DNA of 64,000 nt from an uncultured Gammaproteobacteria bacterium (GCA_964412165.1 CAYPMW010000003.1:10338-74337); one strand, 5' to 3'; numbered from the stretch's first letter, positions 47,707 through 56,856 are shown. A program made the numbers and translations. Notes: generated from the letters alone by a model not told the origin.

Positions 47707-48258
47707 TTAAGTCAGTGGTAGATACATAGTAACCTCACCGATATACTGATTTTTAAAATAATATGCATCTGGCACTTTGCCTGATGTACGAAACCCTATT
47801 TTTTCATAAAGGCGAATCGCTCGGTGGTTGTTTTCGAAGACTTGAAGTACTAAAAGCCTGAGGCTTAAACGCCGCGATTCATCAATGACAGATCTGAGAA
47901 GCTCTATCCCGATTCCCCTCCGGCGAAACTTGGGCGCGAGGGATATGCCAATTAGGCCAACATGAGTTTTACGGTATTTTTGTCGGACAACTCCGGCCAT
48001 GCCGGCAAATGTTCTCTCAACTTCAACAATCAAATGCACTGCTCTCCTCTCCTCCATCTCAAGAAGCATCGAATTCAAATATTCTTTTTCTTCATCATAA
48101 TGAATCTTTTTACCAGATAGCATGATAGTCGTATCCTCATCAATAAGATTATTGGCATATTCCAGCATCGCCTCAACATCAGTTGTCCGAGGATAACGGA
48201 AAATAATTCGCTTCCTATTTTTCCCGTGAAACTCTTTTATGATTTTTCCCTGCTTCAT
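47707..48258 (-). CDS. GNAT family N-acetyltransferase
   Basis: RRRGIG motif A, VFENNHRAIRLYEKIGF. Confidence 0.93.
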   Translation of the reverse strand: MKQGKIIKEFHGKNRKRIIFRYPRTTDVEAMLEYANNLIDEDTTIMLSGKKIHYDEEKEYLNSMLLEMEERRAVHLIVEVERTFAGMAGVVRQKYRKTHVGLIGISLAPKFRRRGIGIELLRSVIDESRRLSLRLLVLQVFENNHRAIRLYEKIGFRTSGKVPDAYYFKNQYIGEVTMYLPLT

Positions 48259-48387
48259 ACTCTTCGATTAAGGCCACCTATTTTTATACTAAGTTGGTGA
48301 TCCTCGCTGGGTTTCTGATAATAAATACAGTGGATCCCGCACGTATCACGTTCACGAAAAATCATATATTAGACCCCACAGTAACAC

Positions 48388-49383
48388 TTACATAAGAAGA
48401 CTAGTTCCAAAATTTGCTTCATACCGCCTGATAAATTCATCGAGTGTGAATGTATGTCTTTGGGTTCCGTAGTTTTCTACTGCATATGTAGCAGCAACAG
48501 ATCCCATCCTTCCACACACGGGAAGGGTAAGTCCTCTTAAAAAGCCTGCTAAAAATCCCGCTCGGTATGCGTCTCCCGCTCCAGTCGGATCAATGACCTC
48601 TTTTGGCGTAGCAGATGGAATCTCAAAGCGATCAGTGCGTGTCTCGATGAGAGAACCTTTACCAGCAAGTGTTGTGATAGTGATAGGCGCCATTGAAACT
48701 AAAAAGTCATGACTAACTCCCATCTTTCTTTCGATCAGCGCAATCTCATAATCGTTCCCAATAAGAAGTGCTGTTCCTCTGACTGCTTTCGCAAGTTCCT
48801 CTCCGGTAAAGTGATCTATCTGAAATGCAGGGTCATACATATAGGGAATACCCATAATCTGACATTCTGCCACATACCCAGCGATTGCCTCTGGTGAATT
48901 GGGAGCAATCACCACAAAGTGCGAAGATACTTGGGTTTTTTCACCTTCCACTTTCATTTTCGCGATCAATAAGGGCTCAAGTGTCAAATCATGATTATAT
49001 TTAGTGGCTCCTATGAAAAAGGCGCCAATCTGATTATCGTCTTTATCGGTGATGACGGTATAGACACCGGTACCTGTATCGGGGTAAACGCAAATGAATT
49101 CGGTAGTGATCCCATGATCATTTAAAAATTCGCGATATGGAGAAAAATCATTACCCGCTGCCGAAACAATCAAGGGATCAATATCCAGAAGTTTGAGTGT
49201 GTAAGCAATATTTCCTGCAGTTCCACCATGTTGCCGCTCCATCCGATCAACCAAAAATGATAAAGACAATGCATGGATTCTATCAGGCATGATTCGGTCG
49301 CTAAAAAGCCCGGGATAATCCATGATAACGTCAAATCCCAGGCTTCCCGTTACCCACACACGTCTTTCTTTCGCTTCAAGCAT
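48388..49383 (-). CDS. PfkB family kinase (adenosine/nucleoside kinase-like)
   Basis: GGTAGNIAY, NDYE, DPTGAGDAYRAG; ITDxDDNQI and LSLSFLVD resemble actinobacterial-type adenosine kinases. Confidence 0.9.
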   Translation of the reverse strand: MLEAKERRVWVTGSLGFDVIMDYPGLFSDRIMPDRIHALSLSFLVDRMERQHGGTAGNIAYTLKLLDIDPLIVSAAGNDFSPYREFLNDHGITTEFICVYPDTGTGVYTVITDKDDNQIGAFFIGATKYNHDLTLEPLLIAKMKVEGEKTQVSSHFVVIAPNSPEAIAGYVAECQIMGIPYMYDPAFQIDHFTGEELAKAVRGTALLIGNDYEIALIERKMGVSHDFLVSMAPITITTLAGKGSLIETRTDRFEIPSATPKEVIDPTGAGDAYRAGFLAGFLRGLTLPVCGRMGSVAATYAVENYGTQRHTFTLDEFIRRYEANFGTSLLM

Positions 49384-49394
49384 AATGCTTCAGG

Positions 49395-49667
49395 TTAGAC
49401 TCCCAAATCCATGCCTTTGGATATCTCAGCGAGCTTATTAGCGGCTGCTTGTTGAGATTGTTTGATGGCTTCATTAAGAAGATTAGTCAGTTCCTCAACG
49501 TCCTGACCGTCAATCTGTACCGTTTTCACTCGCTGGTTACCAGTAATTATGATTTTAATTCTTCCTCGTTCGACCACAAATTCCTGTGCTTCCAAATCAC
49601 TTTGGATTTGGGCTGCCTGCTGACGCATTTTATTTAAATCTCCTAGCATCTTAAACGGATTCTGCAT
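49395..49667 (-). CDS. ybaB: YbaB/EbfC nucleoid-associated protein
   Basis: Gln-rich helix, ITGNQRV; directly downstream of dnaX. Confidence 0.88.
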   Translation of the reverse strand: MQNPFKMLGDLNKMRQQAAQIQSDLEAQEFVVERGRIKIIITGNQRVKTVQIDGQDVEELTNLLNEAIKQSQQAAANKLAEISKGMDLGV

Positions 49668-49681
49668 TCAAGATCTCCTTT

Positions 49682-51028
49682 CTATGAACGTTCTTTGGTA
49701 AGTACCGCCACTTTCAAGTCCAACCCTACTAAACTTTTTAACCCTTTGACAAGTAGATCGTGAGCTTTAGTGTCACTTAAACGTTCAGCGTGAAATTTAT
49801 ATGCCGCTTCAATGTAAAGTATACCATTGTCCATACGTATCGGTCGGCAAGATCTGAGTATTCCCGCTAGTGAATGATTAAACGGCTTGAGATGTTCAAG
49901 TAGGGCTCCCCATTTATCAGTAATTTCGCTGACACTTTGGTCATTAAATTGATTTTTTTCCCGATTCTCTTCTGTTTTGATCGGCTCAGCTGGTGAACTT
50001 TCAGAAGTTTCATCATTAGTATATTCAACGAGGGCTATTTCAAATGGCAATACCTCGATCACGCTCACCTTCGACTGGGTAAACGCTTTTGTCAAAAGAG
50101 AGAGAATTTTAATAAGTTCATATTTTTTCCAACCACTATCTTTTGTCATTACTTCTCTCATCAGCTCTTCTTCAAGTGTTTGCAGAATATCGGTAAAAAA
50201 TACTTTCCAGTTTATTCCTTGTGATCCCAATTTTTTCATAAGCGCCATAAGCTCTTTAATCTTTTTGGCTTTGAGGTGTCGCAGAAACTCGTTTTTAAGG
50301 GATGATTCGGCACGACCAGTGTGGCGCTCGACATCGGCAGTAGTAATTTTTGGGTGGTGTACCACTAGTTCTTCAAGGAGCTTCGCTGCATCCCTGAAAG
50401 AGCCATCCGAGGTACGGGCAATTTCGGTTAGTGCTTCCTCCTCAATTTCTAACTTTTCGCTTTTGACAATCCGCGTGAGAGATTTTATGGTATCGGCAAC
50501 AGATGCTTTATGGAAATCAATCTGTACGCATCTCGAGATGATCGTCTCCGGGACTTTGTGAACTTCAGTAGTTGCAAGTATAAATACCGCGTGCTCGGGA
50601 GGTTCCTCAAGTGTCTTTAGAAGTGCATTAAATGCTTCGTTAGTTAACATATGCACCTCGTCGATTATATACACTTTGTATTTGAGTTCGAGCGGAGCAA
50701 GTTTTATTTTTTCCCGAATCTCCCGGATTTCATCAATCCCACGGTTTGAAGCTGCATCAATTTCGAGTACGTCCAGGTGCTCGCTTTTTCCGATCCTCAC
50801 ACAGATGTCACACGTACCGCAGGCTATTCCGGGCTGAGTGGTACTCGTGCAATTAAGTCCCTTCGCCATGATGCGAGCAGTGGAAGTTTTTCCAGTACCC
50901 TTTGAGCCGGTAAAAAGAAATGCATGCGGTATCTTTTCGTAGGTGAGATATTTTCTGACCTTTTCAGCCACGTTAGAATTATCAAGCTCATCAATAGTTT
51001 TTGGCCGATATTTAAGATAATAAACCAT
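49682..51028 (-). CDS. dnaX: DNA polymerase III subunit gamma/tau
   Basis: KYRP, GTGKTSTARI, zinc motif, EIDAASNRG, IDEVHML, LKTLEEPP, SRC. Confidence 0.97.
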   Translation of the reverse strand: MVYYLKYRPKTIDELDNSNVAEKVRKYLTYEKIPHAFLFTGSKGTGKTSTARIMAKGLNCTSTTQPGIACGTCDICVRIGKSEHLDVLEIDAASNRGIDEIREIREKIKLAPLELKYKVYIIDEVHMLTNEAFNALLKTLEEPPEHAVFILATTEVHKVPETIISRCVQIDFHKASVADTIKSLTRIVKSEKLEIEEEALTEIARTSDGSFRDAAKLLEELVVHHPKITTADVERHTGRAESSLKNEFLRHLKAKKIKELMALMKKLGSQGINWKVFFTDILQTLEEELMREVMTKDSGWKKYELIKILSLLTKAFTQSKVSVIEVLPFEIALVEYTNDETSESSPAEPIKTEENREKNQFNDQSVSEITDKWGALLEHLKPFNHSLAGILRSCRPIRMDNGILYIEAAYKFHAERLSDTKAHDLLVKGLKSLVGLDLKVAVLTKERS

Positions 51029-51037
51029 ATAAATAAG

Positions 51038-51463
51038 TTACGAATTAAAATTGTGGTCTATTCCCATAAGGTGGTCAAGTCCGTGGACAATCAGCTGTTC
51101 AATCTTTTTATCAACCATTACATTTTCTTCCGCAGCCTCAAGAACCGCCTGTGGATACGAAACCACTACGTCACCAATTCTCAAGACCTTATCAGGCGAT
51201 GACCGGTCTGGTGAAAAACCCGCTGCGATGTCTTTATCAGAAGAAGTACTTGGATCATTAAGCGGAAAAGACAAGACGTCAGTAGTTGCATCTATTTCAC
51301 GATAGGTTTTGTTAAGTGTCTTCATTTTCCTGTCTCCGACAATGCTTATGCCTATTTCGATTGATCCTTTGAGTTTACTAGCCAAATAATTTGCCACAAA
51401 ATCCCTTATTTTTAGCCTGTCTGCGGGAAAACGTGATTCTTTGTAAATGAGTACGTGTATCAT
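51038..51463 (-). CDS. ybeY: rRNA maturation RNase YbeY
   Basis: LNKTYR..TDVLSFP, GDVVVS, HGLDHLMGIDH. Confidence 0.95.
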   Translation of the reverse strand: MIHVLIYKESRFPADRLKIRDFVANYLASKLKGSIEIGISIVGDRKMKTLNKTYREIDATTDVLSFPLNDPSTSSDKDIAAGFSPDRSSPDKVLRIGDVVVSYPQAVLEAAEENVMVDKKIEQLIVHGLDHLMGIDHNFNS

Positions 51464-51477
51464 GAGTTATAATGTGG

Positions 51478-51930
51478 TTAAGAAGGTCTTGACAAAACCG
51501 AACGCACAAGATTCTCTACCCGGTCGCCGCTTGCCCTGCCTTTGATTTCGCGCATTACTCGGCCCATCACTGGACCAACTGCAGTGGCACCACTATTTAC
51601 TACAGTTTGAATGATCGTTCGTATCTCATCATCCGAAAGTTCCTCTGGGATAAAAGTTAATAGGATTTGGAGTTCCTGGGTTTCTTTCTCAGCTAAATCC
51701 TTACGTCCACCCAGTTCAAACGCGAGTATGGATTCACGTCGCTCTTTTATTTGTTTACGGACAATGCGAATCACTTCTTCGTCAGACAAGACATTTTGTT
51801 TCTCGACAGGATAGGTATCAATCGCGTATTTAATTAAAGCCGCGAGTAAAAACCTCATTGTTTCCGTCCGAACTTTATCGCGAGATTTTAGTGATTTGGT
51901 TACATCCAGTTTGATTTGATTAAATAACAT
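51478..51930 (-). CDS. GatB/YqeY domain protein
   Basis: KQIKERRESI..F..GGRKDLAEKE, GPVMGRVM; follows rpsU as yqeY does. Confidence 0.92.
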   Translation of the reverse strand: MLFNQIKLDVTKSLKSRDKVRTETMRFLLAALIKYAIDTYPVEKQNVLSDEEVIRIVRKQIKERRESILAFELGGRKDLAEKETQELQILLTFIPEELSDDEIRTIIQTVVNSGATAVGPVMGRVMREIKGRASGDRVENLVRSVLSRPS

Positions 51931-51962
51931 AGCTTACCGTTTTCTGAAATTTACGGTTTTTA

Positions 51963-52151
51963 TCAATACGTCCGGCGGTAACTTTTTTTGCGTCTCAGCA
52001 TTTTGGCTTTCTCTTTACGGACCTCAGCTGGTTTTTGGTAAAACTCACGTTTTTTCAAATCCTGCAAAATGCCTTCAGCCAAGACTTTTTTAGAAAATTT
52101 TCGAATGAGCGAATCAGACGTATCGCCCGGTTGTGATTTGACTACGATCAT
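51963..52151 (-). CDS. rpsU: 30S ribosomal protein S21
   Basis: LIRKFSKKV..EGILQDLKKREFYQKP. Confidence 0.92.
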   Translation of the reverse strand: MIVVKSQPGDTSDSLIRKFSKKVLAEGILQDLKKREFYQKPAEVRKEKAKMLRRKKSYRRTY

Positions 52152-52154
52152 GTA

Positions 52155-52565
52155 TCACAAAACACCTCCTCCCTGAAGTGCGTCTCTTAAAAGAGCCGCA
52201 GTTGCGGCAAGATTTTCTCCATTGGAAAACTCTTTCCGCCTTTCACTCAGGCGCAGTTCAAGTCGGTATTGCGGGACGATCCATAAATGCGCATGCTTGA
52301 TCTCGTGCCCAAAGGTGGCAATCGTCATATGTTCTGCACCTAGTATCGGTATTATAGCACGGATTATCTTTTGGGCGGTAGTAAAGAAACTGCCCATGTC
52401 AGGTAGATCGTATATCCACCGGACATGGGTTTTGGGCACTAATTGCAGGTGCCCACGAGTTTGGGGATACTTATCTAAGAACGCGATAGTTTGATCATCC
52501 TCATATATTATATATGCAGGTTGTTGTCGCCTGATAATGAGACAAAAAACACAGTCAGTGATCAT
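52155..52565 (-). CDS. HIT family protein
   Basis: CVFC, AFLD, GHLQLVPK, HAHLWIVP (variant triad). Confidence 0.9.
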   Translation of the reverse strand: MITDCVFCLIIRRQQPAYIIYEDDQTIAFLDKYPQTRGHLQLVPKTHVRWIYDLPDMGSFFTTAQKIIRAIIPILGAEHMTIATFGHEIKHAHLWIVPQYRLELRLSERRKEFSNGENLAATAALLRDALQGGGVL

Positions 52566-53062
52566 AATTTGTATCCGAATTGTCGTAGTATCTCTTTACG
52601 CTTGATAGTATCATCTTTATTTTCCAGCCGAGTTGGAGCACCTCCATCTACCACACCAAGGACTGCCCCACCTTGTTTAGTGCGAGCAACAACTACTTCA
52701 ACCGGATTTGCTGTGGCGCAGAATATCCGTACCACCTCAGGTACCATTTTTATTGCATTCAAAACGTTGATTGGGAAAGCGTTTTCAAGAAAGATGAAGA
52801 ATATATGCCCGCACCCGACTGTCTTGGCGTTTTTTACAGCCAGTTCTACCATTTGCTCACTCGTTCCTGAGGAGCGAATAAGTCGTGGCCCAGATGCTTC
52901 GCAAAATGCGAAGCCAAACTTGATTCCTGGCACAGTATTAACCAAAGTCTCGTGAATATCCTCAACTGTTTTGATGAAATGAGACTGGCCGAAAATGAAA
53001 TTAAGAGCCTGGGGATTCTCTAATTTAACTATCTCGAGTTGAACTTTAATTTTTTTAGGCAT
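52562..53062 (-). CDS. Adenosine-specific kinase family (DUF355)
   Basis: GQSHFIKTVEDIHE, AFCEASGPRL, GHIF, FPINVLN, CATANP, GVVDG, GYK. Confidence 0.88.
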   Translation of the reverse strand: MPKKIKVQLEIVKLENPQALNFIFGQSHFIKTVEDIHETLVNTVPGIKFGFAFCEASGPRLIRSSGTSEQMVELAVKNAKTVGCGHIFFIFLENAFPINVLNAIKMVPEVVRIFCATANPVEVVVARTKQGGAVLGVVDGGAPTRLENKDDTIKRKEILRQFGYKL

Positions 53063-53169
53063 TTTAATAATGTGATTTACGATTTATTGGTGGATATCAT
53101 TCATAAATCTTATAGCCTGTTTTTCCTTTGAATGGTAAGTTTTCCAACAGTTTCTTAAATCAACAATCT

Positions 53170-54012
53170 TCATTCTTTTTTAAGTACTTCAATTATCTCA
53201 TTTAGCGTCAATTTGGTTGGCCGCATATCGGGATTCTTAGTGGTACCATTCAGTAGTATTTTTTTCGAAGAATGAAGAAACCAAGTCGCGTGCGGATCTT
53301 TTTGTTTCAACACCTCATAAGTAGAAGTGAAATCGACATCAGTACCCGGCATCCCTTTGATTCGTACATATCCCTTGTTCGGATCCTTTCTTACCACCAC
53401 CACGTAGCCTGATTTCGCCGCTACTTTAAGAACAGCATCATTAAGTGTTTCGCATCCAATACCTTTTCCCCAGACGGTCGTAAACTCTACTCCGTCCTTC
53501 TCAAGTATTGATTCTCCCCAGGCCACTTCTTGAAAAACCTTATAAAGCCCGTCGAGCATGACAAATCCAAACTCGGTGATTTTATCATCATTGTCAGGAA
53601 AGATATGTTTTAGACCATCGATAATATATACGGCACTAAAAAGGTGATAATCAGCCTTTGCGTCGGGTAGTGTTGCATCATGGAAATGGTCAAAGAAATT
53701 GGCTGTTTCTGCCATCCGGACAAGCGCCTCATTGTTCCATGAATTCTGTTGAGAGATGGTTTTATTGACGTAGTTATATGCTTTGATGGCAGCGCAAGTA
53801 AATTCGTTTGTCTGATGGTGATCAAGTACTCCAAATCCAGTGTCGACATGAAGAATAGCGGGGTCAGAATCTACCATTTCATTTCTGAGAGTTTGTCCAG
53901 CCGGTACATACGCAATACTCGCATCCTGCCAATTAGGGAGAAACCGTTTGATGATCCAGGCGGCGGTGATCGCGTCAAGATCAGGCGCGTGGTGTGTAAC
54001 GATCGTCTTCAT
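53170..54012 (-). CDS. Putative DHH-like metal-dependent hydrolase
   Basis: IVTHHAPDLDA, HVDTG..LDHHQ motifs. Confidence 0.65.
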   Translation of the reverse strand: MKTIVTHHAPDLDAITAAWIIKRFLPNWQDASIAYVPAGQTLRNEMVDSDPAILHVDTGFGVLDHHQTNEFTCAAIKAYNYVNKTISQQNSWNNEALVRMAETANFFDHFHDATLPDAKADYHLFSAVYIIDGLKHIFPDNDDKITEFGFVMLDGLYKVFQEVAWGESILEKDGVEFTTVWGKGIGCETLNDAVLKVAAKSGYVVVVRKDPNKGYVRIKGMPGTDVDFTSTYEVLKQKDPHATWFLHSSKKILLNGTTKNPDMRPTKLTLNEIIEVLKKE

Positions 54013-54176
54013 GGATGCAGTATACTTTGGAAAAGTCTAATTTTCAATGAAGCAACGTATTCTACTTTAGCTTATCCCCACGGTGCTTGCCCACCATTCT
54101 CTCCTTCAGCTTAAAAAAAGGTAACTCCAGTAACCCACATACTGTATAACTGATTGCTGGCCACGACTATAACTGG

Positions 54177-55859
54177 TTATTGTAAAAGTTCAATTACTTT
54201 ATGCACGTCAATGAGTGTACTTTCTTTTTTCAATCGGTATTTTAGTTCTATTTGTTCTGCAGTCTTTTCAGATACTACGAGTCGCACCGGAATACCAATT
54301 AGGTCTGCATCTTTAAATTTGACTCCGGCAGATACCTCGCGACGATCATCCCATAACACCTCTATTCCGTTCTTGGTTAATAGTTTATATACTTCATCCG
54401 CTCGCGCCTCACTGCCTGCAAGAGAGATAAGGTGCACCTGGAAAGGCGCCACTTCCCTTGGCCATACAATCCCCTTTTCATCATGATGCTTCTCAACAAT
54501 AGCTGACATGGTTCGGGCAATCCCAATCCCGTAACACCCCATATAGTAAGGTTTTTCTTTGCCATCAGCATCAATATATACCGCGCCTTTCATTTTACTC
54601 GTGTAATGATACCCCAGCTGAAAAATATTTCCTACCTCAATTCCCCGTTTTTCAATCAACCGTTGTCCATTTTCCGCAGTAAATGAATCCTCAGCCATAG
54701 CGATATCAACTAGTTTTTGACAGGTAAAATCACGTCCATAATTTACATTGAATGAATCAGTCGTATCTTCCTTCTGTCCGCCAATAAAATTGTTTACAGA
54801 GGTTAAGGACAAGTCACCGATATAATAAGCATTTTCGTGTCCCCATGAGTGTACATAACCGCTTTTTGTACCCAATTTAACTAAGTCCGCGTCAGTTCCA
54901 TCTTCAAGTTGTCCAACTGCATCAAGAACGAGTTCCAATTTTATTTTATTCACCTCTAAATCACCCCGAATTACCACAATAATAATTTGTTTAGTAGACC
55001 TGTTTTTATAAACCACATTTTTTAAAAATCTTGATTTTGGTAACTTATAATGTTTAGAGAATTCCTCCATCGTTTGTACCCATTTAGGCTGATTTACGAT
55101 TTTAAAGTCTTGAATCGGTTCGCCGGGGTTTACTTTGGTTCTAACAAATTTTGCTACATCTTCATGAGCGACGTAACTACCGTCTTTTGTTGTAAAAAAC
55201 CTGCCCTCGCCAATTTCAGATTCAACCTGAAATTCATGGCAATAGTCGCCACCAATATAGCCGTTGTCAGATTCAACCTTATATGTATCAAGACCTAATC
55301 GATTAAATATATCTCTATATGTCTTGGCCATTTGCTCATACACGAGCTTAAATTCTGTCTCATTGCGGTCAAAAGAATACGCATCTTTCATGACAAATTC
55401 ACGCAGTCTCAAGAGTCCTCCCCGAGGCCTCTTCTCGTCACGGAATTTGGTGGAAAATTGGTACACGTTAAACGGCAGTTCCCGATAACTTAGTTTTGTT
55501 TTGCGTACTAAATCAACAAACATTTCTTCAGCTGTACCTCCCAAAGCAAACTCAAAACCTGCATGGTCTTTGAGGGATAAAAGTTCAAAACCGGTAGAAT
55601 TGGTTCTATTGGTCTCCTGCCATAATTCTAAAGGATGAAGGGTAGGCGCGATCATCTCCTGCGCACCTGTCTTGTCCATTTCATCCTTAATAATTTTTTT
55701 GATTTTTTCGTGCACCCTCCAACCTAAGGGCAGGAAATAATACCTACCAGAGGTTGATTCGGCGATAAACCCACCGCGAATAAGCAGCTGATGGCTGACA
55801 ATTTTTGAACCACTAACTTCACCGAATTTTGTTTTTCCGAAAAGTTTTGTGTATTTTAT
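54177..55859 (-). CDS. proS: Proline--tRNA ligase (bacterial type with insertion/editing domain), apparent AUA start
   Basis: The frame extends 48 codons upstream of the called GTG and reads (I)KYTKLFGKT...SHQLLIRGGF...LPLGWRV, the normal ProRS N-terminus; FRDEKRPRGGLLRLREF, EVGNIFQLG, MGCYGIG; AGGAGG precedes ATA at 55859. Confidence 0.95.
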   Translation of the reverse strand: MKYTKLFGKTKFGEVSGSKIVSHQLLIRGGFIAESTSGRYYFLPLGWRVHEKIKKIIKDEMDKTGAQEMIAPTLHPLELWQETNRTNSTGFELLSLKDHAGFEFALGGTAEEMFVDLVRKTKLSYRELPFNVYQFSTKFRDEKRPRGGLLRLREFVMKDAYSFDRNETEFKLVYEQMAKTYRDIFNRLGLDTYKVESDNGYIGGDYCHEFQVESEIGEGRFFTTKDGSYVAHEDVAKFVRTKVNPGEPIQDFKIVNQPKWVQTMEEFSKHYKLPKSRFLKNVVYKNRSTKQIIIVVIRGDLEVNKIKLELVLDAVGQLEDGTDADLVKLGTKSGYVHSWGHENAYYIGDLSLTSVNNFIGGQKEDTTDSFNVNYGRDFTCQKLVDIAMAEDSFTAENGQRLIEKRGIEVGNIFQLGYHYTSKMKGAVYIDADGKEKPYYMGCYGIGIARTMSAIVEKHHDEKGIVWPREVAPFQVHLISLAGSEARADEVYKLLTKNGIEVLWDDRREVSAGVKFKDADLIGIPVRLVVSEKTAEQIELKYRLKKESTLIDVHKVIELLQ

Positions 55860-55952
55860 AGTTCCTCCTAATATATTATATTACGATCTTTTCCAGTTCT
55901 GCTTTCGTTACTCTCATGTCAATTATGGCAAAACCGTCGTTCGTAATCATTG

Positions 55953-56294
55953 TTAAAAATATTTTTTTGATATAGGATCTGAATAATCATGTTCTTTTCC
56001 CGTTATACCCAATTCATCAAATATACCTACCCGCAACTGTTGACATGGTAGTTGTTTAAATTTCGGATCGCGTTTTCCCTTCGAGCGCAATAACATCACT
56101 GCTTGACAATTTCTCATAATACCATCTACATCTTGTCTAACTGTATCTAACGCCGAAATCCCACCGCTTAAGTGCCCATTTAGTAAGCTTGACAAGCGTT
56201 CGTTTAATAATTGAATAAGAGCGCATGGTACAGGATCGATTATATAGCAACGCTCCCATTCAGCTTTACTCGGTTTACCTGTAATTCTTTCCAT
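55953..56294 (-). CDS. Hypothetical protein between the T-box leader and proS
   Basis: 113-aa ORF with ATG start; no motif recognised. Confidence 0.55.
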   Translation of the reverse strand: MERITGKPSKAEWERCYIIDPVPCALIQLLNERLSSLLNGHLSGGISALDTVRQDVDGIMRNCQAVMLLRSKGKRDPKFKQLPCQQLRVGIFDELGITGKEHDYSDPISKKYF

Positions 56295-56507
56295 ATAAAA
56301 CCTACAAAAAAGTTCGTCCCCTTAATCCTCATCATTAGTGGTAGTAAAACTAGTCCACATTAAAATGTGTAGAGATAATTCCTACCTTATCCCGGTAGCA
56401 TGCTCGCCGTTCCCGAGGACGTAGTCCCCGCGTCACGGTGTCGCAGCTACGGGATTGATCGGCTGGTAAATTCAGCTTCACTTCGTTCGCTTCATTAACC
56501 AACCATC

Positions 56508-56757
56508 AAAAAAGTCCTTCTCTCCAACCACTACTTTGGTTGAATCAAAGGACGTTACTGTATTATTCAAATAATCAAATTTTGCACTTTGATTTTTGAA
56601 TTTTACATTTTTAACGTGGTACCACCTTTATTCAGAAGCATAGTGGCTTAGTAACCAATTAACTAAACTTCTAAGCTCCTCTCGTTAATGCTATCACGGG
56701 CTTACCCGGTATACTCATCGTACACAGCTCGCTTGGCGGGAAACCAAACTCAAACGC
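56508..56757 (-). promoter_or_regulatory. T-box riboswitch (Pro-specific) with ultra-short Stem I, antiterminator and terminator
   Basis: AAAGG-TGGTACC-ACGTT (56629-13) pairs with AACGTCCTTT (56556-47); overlapping terminator 56553-56514 plus U6; AGTA/CCCGTGATA Stem II-IIA/B motifs; Stem I loop TTTCCCG; TTGCAA-18-TATAAT promoter at 56803-56774. Confidence 0.85.
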
Positions 56758-56834
56758 TTTTATAAACTAAGATATTATATACCCATCTTACGCCGGTTTG
56801 CAACTTTTCTGTCAGGAAAACGTTTCCAAAGCGG

Positions 56835-56856
56835 ACCTGCCTGCCGGCAGGCAGGT
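56835..56856. repeat. Perfect 22-bp palindrome ACCTGCCTGCCGGCAGGCAGGT
   Basis: Exact inverted repeat; a related TACCTGCCAGCAGGTA occurs at 17295-17310. Confidence 0.8.

Noticed and set aside
49977-50561. 194-aa antisense ORF within dnaX and the other short shadow ORFs of the track
   Set aside because: They overlap well-supported genes on the opposite strand or frame and carry no motifs.
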